Shown piece after piece: positions 21,669 through 29,265 of a stretch of DNA of 29,265 bases; positions within the stretch are counted from its first letter, which is position 1; each line of letters opens with the position of its first letter. The notes under the pieces are model-generated. The model was not told the origin of the DNA, did not search any database, and saw nothing but the letters and a program-made list of their open reading frames with translations. The translations under genes were made by a program, and so were the position numbers. The DNA comes from Octopus sinensis (taxonomy: Eukaryota), in the NCBI RefSeq assembly GCF_006345805.1, contig NW_021833162.1, positions 1 to 29,265 on the forward strand, read 5' to 3'.

Positions 21669-21857
21669 TATATAATATAATTCGAGACAAAACCACTATT
21701 TTAAAACCAAACAAGAAAAGACTTAATCAATATATAAAATTTTAATATAAATTTATTTAATTTATTTTATTTAATTTATATTAAAATTTTATGTATTGAT
21801 TAAGTCTTTTCTTGTTTGGTTTTAAAATAGTGGTTTTGTCTCGAATTATATTATATA
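21669..21857. repeat. Near-perfect long inverted repeat (85-bp arms, 19-nt spacer, 1 mismatch)
   Basis: Arm 21669-21753 is the reverse complement of 21773-21857; the only mismatch is T21733/G21793. Confidence 0.95.
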
Positions 21858-23507
21858 ATATTTTACTATAAAATTGGATTTAACCCTAAATCTGATTTTT
21901 CCCTGTAATTTTGGATTCATTCCCTAATATTTATTATTATTTTATATATATATATATATATACATAAATATGTGCCGAGCCAGAATTAGCTCAATGCATC
22001 CTACAACAAACCTCTTAAGCACGCAGCCGGGGCCTCATTAACTGAAATTCCATAAAGCATGAAGACCACTACATCATATTTTACATCCTTCACAAAATTT
22101 TAAGTCGTCCTTTTATTTCAGCGAAATCAATACTGCGAGTAAATATGTACCAGTGTTTTTACTCGCCTCTGAATCATTTTCGTTCACCTGATTTTATTTC
22201 CTTTCTGTAACAATCATTTCTTTCAAGGTTTGTAATGATAACCATCAAACCGCCATCTTAATTCCGCAAGAGGTTACCATAATATGATAAAGGATGTCTG
22301 AAGACATCTTCTATATTACCAGCGTTCTGCTTTGATGCTTTATATCAAATAACATATATCCAATAGCAGACATGTCTTAGAAACGTACATCTCAAGTAGA
22401 AATGATATTTCGCTAACATTTCGCGAGTCCAATAAATGGGTATTGATCGATTTTAATATTCTTAGTTTTCTCTCTCTTTCTCTCTCCCTCTTTCTCTCTC
22501 TCACACACTCTCACTCTCTCACTCTCTCTCTCAATCTTGCTGTCACCCTCTCTCACTCCTTCTCTCTCTCTTTCTGTGCCTTCCTTCGTACCTGTCACGC
22601 TCCCTCTCACTATGTATATTTACATGTATGTGCTTGCATAAATATATATATGTAAAGGGATGTGTATGTATGTCCACGTGTGTGTGTGTTTGTGTGTGTA
22701 TAAATGCATATAAATATGTGTGTGTATGTATGCACATATGTATGCACATATGTATGTGTACACACACACAATATTCAGTTCGAGTGAGCGACCGATTTTC
22801 TCACCGGCCGTCCATCCTTTTATCTCATTAACTGTCTCTCTCTCGCTTTCTCTCTGTCTTCTCTGTGTCCTTATAGACACACCTACACACATATACACAC
22901 ATAGGAATGTAATATAGATTATATTCATATGTATAAAATATGCATAACACACGCACACACATATGTGTATATATACACACATATATGTATATACATATAT
23001 ACATATACACCTCCGTACATATACGTATATTTATATTCTATTATGTTATATCATATTATATATTATATATATCTGTGTATATGTGTATATATGCAAGATA
23101 CATATAATATACATTATACCTAGATATTTTGTAGTGGGTAGTTTAAAGCCCATCCACAGTGCTCGGCTACCCAATGTGAACAACATGAGGCGATATGTTG
23201 CATAGTCAATTGTCAAGCTTAATAAGTGCAGGTACGTCTCCTCAGGCGACTTTCCTAAAACGTAATGCGACAGATTAAGCCAAAAGGTGAGTAAAACGCA
23301 AGGAACTGTTTCAAAATATCACCCGAGGAAACACCTGCATGACAACTGATTGTACAGCATCTCATCTGTAAAGTACGAGTGCATGATGAGTCAAAACGAT
23401 CGTAATGATTCTTTATAAAGAATCTTGTGCCTTTCATTTTCTCAGTCTCAATTTTTCATATAGTATATATTATCTATAAATGACATATGTCTAATGTAAT
23501 CTGTGTA

Positions 23508-23523
23508 ACTATCTATCTATCTA

Positions 23524-23588
<65 letters not shown>

Positions 23589-23590
23589 TT
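23508..23590. repeat. (CTAT)n microsatellite
   Basis: Directly visible. Confidence 0.93.
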
Positions 23591-23699
23591 CTCTCTCTTT
23601 CTCGTTATCTCTCTTTATCTCTCCCTTTCTCGATATCTATATACTTACGATTTACTTGAATTAAACTGTGGTAAATCATTCTGAATATCTATTATCTTG

Positions 23700-23783
23700 A
23701 AGTTCATGACTACGGCCATGTTGGAGCACCAACTTCTTTAAACGAACAATCGACCCAAAGACTTACTCTTTTCTAAGCCTGGT
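23700..23783 (-). mobile_element. SINE family A tail fragment
   Basis: GACTACGGCCATGTTGGAGCACC...ATCGACCCAAAGACTTA matches the tail at 10450-10520. Confidence 0.65.
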
Positions 23784-23800
23784 TCCTCTCTCTCTCTCCC

Positions 23801-23845
<45 letters not shown>

Positions 23846-24004
23846 TATATATGTAATATAATATATATATGTATATATATATATAATATATATATATATA
23901 ATATGTAATATTGTAATATACATAAACATGTACTTTTGTGATATATATTATACTATATTGTGTTATATTACTCACGCGCACAGACACACACACTCATATA
24001 TATA

Positions 24005-24063
<59 letters not shown>

Positions 24064-24247
24064 ACTAATACAGGCATACATTTGCCCGTACCTGCGTAAA
24101 ATTATGCGTACATGTATAACAATGTAAATATACAAAACGATGTAGCACATACATATATTTAAATCGACTTCTCTTTCTGTATCTATGTTTCAATATTTTA
24201 GATTGTGTGTGCGTGTGTATGTGTTTGTGTGTGTGAATGTGTTATTG

Positions 24248-24304
<57 letters not shown>

Positions 24305-24457
24305 ATACACATATATCTACGTCTCTACATATACGTCCGAATATACATTTAATCGTATATAATAGTAGCCTCATGCACACATACACAAACACACAAACAA
24401 GCACATATAGACATTCATATAGACGCGCACATGAATATGAAAAATATTTGTGTGCTT

Positions 24458-24493
<36 letters not shown>

Positions 24494-24503
24494 TGTGTAT
24501 GTA

Positions 24504-24565
<62 letters not shown>

Positions 24566-24721
24566 TATATATATATGCGTTTGTGTGTGTGTGTGTGTGT
24601 GTATGCGGGTGTTTCTATATTTGTTTATTTGAATAGTGATATCTCAGTAAATATCTCTTTCAAGCTTCCACTTTCATATCCGCCTTTGTCTACAGTCAAG
24701 AATTCCTCTATCTCCCTACAA

Positions 24722-24808
<87 letters not shown>
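24722..24808. repeat. (TAC)29 microsatellite followed by CAA-rich tract
   Basis: Directly visible. Confidence 0.95.
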
Positions 24809-25758
24809 AAATAACAACAACAACAACAGCTGCAGCACCTACGCCAACAACAACATCGACAGCAACAAATGCAGCCACAATATTAACAAGTTCTCCTCAC
24901 AGGTCCTTTCTTACTGCCCCTTAATCTTAATTTATCATATTGCAGGGGGTTTTATCTCGCATGTCTGATACGTTCCTTTATGTGTTTTCCACAAGCGAAG
25001 GTCAACTTTGCTTTCTTCCAGTATACGAAATCTATTTCTTAATCACAGGCGGATCCATTTCTTAATCAGAATATTTCTGATACATTTATTAATCAAACCA
25101 CTAATGGCTATTTCTGAGGCTGTTGTTATTGTAGTTGGTGTTGCTGTCATTATTGTTCCCGTTGACGTCGTAAATATTTTTGATATAGTTATTTTTACTT
25201 TTGTTGTTGAGTTCCAGTTTGGCCCTGATTGAATAAGCGTATCGTAATAAGAATCAAGTCATGCGTCCCACTGCGCTCCTCTTCTTTTTCTTCTTAAGAT
25301 TAGATTATCTATGGCGGATTATATGATTTAATATGGCGCCTTTTTTTGAAATATTGTTATCTGGTTCCAAGGGATTTTCGATTGTTGTTTCACGGTTTGA
25401 ACGACCATGTAGAAGCTAAGCAAAAGCAACTTGCTACGGGAAGATTTAAATGAAAATTAATGTTCATCGGGCTATGATGATCCTAACATATGTGTCATAT
25501 ACTTATGATGATCCTAACATAATGATATGACACATGTGTATTTTTTTTCAATAATGAAACAAAAATTATAGAAATATTTGAAGTTTTAAAGCTAAAACTG
25601 ATTCAAGTGCCTATACAGACAAACATGGGAGATACACAGACTTATCCTGAGCTTCCATTGACCAATTGCCTTTATATGAAGGAAGACAAAGTCAGTCTGT
25701 TTGATGGGTGTAGACAACCGTAGACTTGTGAAAAGTGCCAATAAATATTTCTTCATCG

Positions 25759-25865
25759 CTCACAAAGGGCTAAACATAGAGGGGACAAACAAGGACAGAC
25801 AATGGGATTAAGTCGATTACATCGACCACAGTGCGTAACTAGTACTTAATTTATCAACCCCGAAA
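25759..25865 (-). mobile_element. SINE family B, 5'-truncated
   Basis: GGGCTAAACATAGAGGGGACAAACAAGGACAGAC...TTAATTTATCAACCCCG matches 15235-15330. Confidence 0.85.
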
Positions 25866-26258
25866 ATGCCAATAAATCTAAATTGAAAACCGTTAAAATG
25901 GCCCGGATCCTATTATAGGTTTGATGGGTTGTGTCTAAATTTTAGTTGCGTTCATTTGCGCTCGTACACCAGTAAATCTTCCACACATCAGCGTGTGACT
26001 TATGAATGACATTGAGGATTTTTCTCGCTGAAGGTCTTATTAATAATGGTGTACAAGATTATCAAGAAATACATAATTTTGATCCGACCAGGTCCTAAGA
26101 ATCTACCATAAAAATAAGTAATAATCTCAATTTCTGAATTTTCCTTTTGAAATGAAGTGAAGTTTCGTTGTACAAGAATATTATTTTAATCAATGTCATA
26201 ATTAATGTATGTTCGATACTTTGAAATGGTCATAATGATACCTTTTTAGATTTTTTCC

Positions 26259-26570
26259 GTCATTTGACTGCAGCATTACTGGGCACCGCATTGAAGGGGT
26301 TTCAGTCGAACTCCAGGGCTTATTTTTAAAGCCTTGTTCTTCTTCTACCGGTCTATTTTGTCGAACCGCTAGTTCACAGGGATGGTAAACACAGCAACAC
26401 TGGTTGTCAAGCTGTGGTTGGAAACAAAGATAGACACGAAGACGTACACACATAGATACACACGCACACACACACACATATATATATATACGACAGGCTT
26501 CATTCAGTTGCCGTCGATCAAATCTACTCAGAACGCTTTGGTCGGTCCGAAGCTGTAGAAGGAGACATTT
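26259..26570 (-). mobile_element. SINE family A, diverged and 5'-truncated
   Basis: GTCATTTGACTGCAGC...CGACAGGCTTCATTCAGTTGCCGTC...GCTTTGGTCGG. Confidence 0.82.
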
Positions 26571-27559
26571 GCATAAACCTAAAGAAATGAAAACAAAAAA
26601 ATATTTTAAACTTCTTTCATTATTCTGTTACTGGCTGCAATCGTTGTATTTCGGCCATATGTGACTACATATCGATTATATTAAATTCTCTGTCTGATAC
26701 TCTTTTTGCTATCGTTATCAGTTTATAGAATACCTAAATGTATTTTTGTATAACTTACAAAAAAAAAAAAAGAAAAAAAGGAGAGAGAGAAAGAAAGAAA
26801 AGAAGAGAAGATCTTGTAGGGAAATGCTCTACAACAGTTATATCTTTCTACCTGATATCAGCAATTTATTCCAAATGGTTTTCAGTAGATTATTAAGAGC
26901 AATTAAGCTAATTAGTGTAATTCTCTATTTCCCGAGCTGCCTTATACATTCCAAAAAATAAATAAATAAATAAAAAAGAAAAAAGGAAAAAAGCTTGATT
27001 AGGCTCATAGTCAACTTAATATGATTTAACGTTGCAGAGTAAATCAGATGACAAAAATGACTAATTCAGTAGATCATAATTTCAGAACCAGTTACAATTG
27101 TTTCAGTAGCATTCTGCTTCAAGCCACATTACATATACAAAATTATATACGATAAAATACAGGAGACCCGTTTAAATAATACTAGTATTGTGTAATTCGT
27201 TTCATGTAATTAAGAGTAAATTATTTATTTGGTCTGGAAGGTAAAGCTACTAAAACTAATACCGAATGAATTGGTATACATCTAATGTTATACCGATTCC
27301 TCAATCTTAGTTTTCCTGTACCACCCTGCAGTATTACAAATCGGCCCAGAGTATTAGTGATAGTTACACAGATTTTCTGCAGTTATGGATTATGTTATAC
27401 AAGCATAGTATTGCATATCATTCTAGATGTACAGAGAGCTCGGATTTCCCTAAGATATACTCCATAAGACATAACTCCCAAATATTAGGAGATCCATATT
27501 TGTCAATAGGGATTACAAATGTTGGTACAATGTCAACTATTTCAAGCGACTAGGTAGAT

Positions 27560-27942
27560 CTATACAATCGAAAGCACAGAGGTCAATTGCTACTTTTTTT
27601 ATCGACCCCAGTAGGAAGATTAGCATAGTCCATATGTCGGAATTTAAACTCAGACGAAATTCTGCCAAGATTTTTTTCCCCGGCGTGGTAACTTTTCTGC
27701 TAGCTTGTCCCTTTAACACATACATCTATATTATAATCTTTTCTACTCTTGGTCACAAGGCCCGAAATCATGGAAAAAGGGGTAAGTCGATCAGATCGAC
27801 CCTAGTAAGCAATTGTCCAGGAGCTATATTAGAAAACACTGTCCCAAAATTAGAAAACACTGGCCCAAAATGCCTCAGAGTGGAGCTGAACTCGACACGG
27901 CATGCTTCCAAAGCAAGCCTCTTAATCACAAAGCCATGCCAT
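27560..27942 (-). mobile_element. Cluster of old SINE B and SINE A fragments
   Basis: TTATCGACCCC...GGAATTTAAACTCAG...CTGCTAGC (B body), CACAAGGCCCGAAAT...GATCGACCC (B-like tail) and a degenerate A head near 27855-27942, including a 21-bp doublet ATTAGAAAACACTG(T/G)CCCAAA. Confidence 0.55.
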
Positions 27943-28311
27943 CTTATACTAGTTATGCTAATGGTAATTATTGTGGTGAATCACTGTACACCTTTTCGTC
28001 ATCTTAAATAATTCTAACATGTTTATAACGTAACACCACCCAGCAGAGTTAGATTTCAGTGTGAGCAAACACTGCATTAACCTATATCGCTATTGTTCTA
28101 CACGTTTTATGTCTGCTAATACTTTGGAAGAAGACAAAATGCGTCTTGTATGTTGTACAAATAGCATGTAACACACACTTGAACTGTTTGACCTGGAGAT
28201 AAACACCTTAAGTTCAATTTAGAAGTTACAATTGACGGCACTACGTTCAACATTTCTTTCTCAGCAATATATATCTCTGATACTGCTGATATTATTGTTA
28301 CCATCACTGTT

Positions 28312-28760
28312 AAGGCAGCGAGCCAGCAGAATCGTTTCCACGCCGAAGAAAAAGCTTAGCGGCATTTCGTCTGCCGTTACGTTCTGAGTTCAAATTCCGC
28401 CGAGGTTGACTTTGCCTTTCATCCTTTCGGGGTCGATTAAACAAGTACCAGTTACGCACCGGGGTCGATATGATAAACTTAATCGTTTGTCCTCTCTGTG
28501 TTTAGCCCCTTGTGGGTAGTAAAGAAATAGGTATTTCGTCTGCCGCTACGTTCTGAGTTCAAATTCCACCGAGGTCGACTTTGCATTTCATCCTTTCGGG
28601 GTCGATTAGATAAGTTCCAGTTACGCACAGAGGTCGATATAATCGACTTAATCCGTTTGTCTGTCCTTGTTTGTCCTCTCTCTGTTTAGCCCCTTGTGGG
28701 TAGTAAAGAAATAGGCATTTCTCCTAGTTTTAAGTCCTGATCTCAAATTCCATCGAAATT
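28312..28760 (+). mobile_element. SINE family B head-to-tail multimer (1 full + 1 headless unit + start of a third)
   Basis: Units restart at G(T/C)ATTTC directly after ...GTAAAGAAATAG, at 28531 and 28715. Confidence 0.88.
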
Positions 28761-28963
28761 ACAAGAACCAGTGGAGCACTGAGTTGACGACACAGACTTG
28801 CGCCCTTCCAAAATATTTCTTACGTTGCTTAATCACAAAGCCCATTCCATCTTACACTCGTCACGTTAATAGTAATTATTGTTGTGAATCGCCTTGTGCT
28901 TATCGTAGAATATTTCTTGCTGTTGTTAAAACCACGAGCTGGTTTAACCACGCGTGTTGTTAT

Positions 28964-29226
28964 AGGCGTAAGAGTGGCTGTGTGGTAAGTGTCTTCTCCT
29001 ATAGCCAAGGGCCGACCAAAGCCTTGTGAGTAGATTTGGTAGACGGAAACTGAAAGAAGCCCGACGTAAATATGTATATATATTCATATGTATGTGTGTG
29101 CATGTATTTGTGTGCTTGTGTTTGTCCCCCCAACATCGCTTGACAACCGATGCTGGTGTGTTTACGTCCCCGCAACCTAGCGGATCGGCAAAAGAGACCG
29201 ATAGGATAGGTACCAGGCTTACAAAG
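28964..29226 (+). mobile_element. SINE family A with 61-nt internal deletion, 3'-truncated
   Basis: GGCGTAAGAGTGGCTGTGTGGTAAGT is joined directly to GTCTTCT; compare the intact copy at 15514. Confidence 0.88.
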
Positions 29227-29265
29227 CCTAGATGCAGGCCTGAGGCTTTTGTTGGAGAAACTTAC

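Noticed and set aside
23246-23286. 41-nt micro-exon candidate (TCTCCTCAG|...AAAAG|GTGAGT)
   Set aside because: Stops in all three frames and no partner exons found; a UTR exon cannot be excluded but is unsupported.
24809-24925. Thr/Ala-rich mucin-like reading frame after (TAC)29
   Set aside because: Derived from decayed CAA/GCA repeats; no start, acceptor or signal peptide.
25473-25560. C/D snoRNA suggested by ATGATGA boxes
   Set aside because: No D box (CTGA) at a suitable distance and no terminal stem; explained by the micro-duplication.

Overview
AT-rich, microsatellite-dense eukaryotic non-genic DNA (intergenic or intronic). The repeat families look like those of Octopus/coleoid cephalopods; this is inferred from recalled SINE sequences, with no database search. 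I find no intact host protein-coding exon, and almost all ORF-track entries are translations of (TA)n, (CA)n or (TAA/CAT)n repeats. The supportable content is mobile DNA: about 15 copies or fragments of at least 4 tRNA-derived SINE families, a dead Tc1/mariner 5' fragment, a probable Helentron-associated (HINE-like) element, and an 85-bp-arm fold-back. The most unusual object is a 2163-bp minus-strand insert (10806-12968) flanked by a perfect 15-bp target-site duplication inside the tRNA head of a SINE. It carries only a frameshifted L1/Tx1-type ORF1 (RRM-like region plus CCHC knuckle) and has no RT, integrase, LTR or poly(A). Its 5' leader contains a 453-nt segment with strong GT-AG intron signals that was not removed. 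A candidate type I hammerhead ribozyme lies at 16428-16502.
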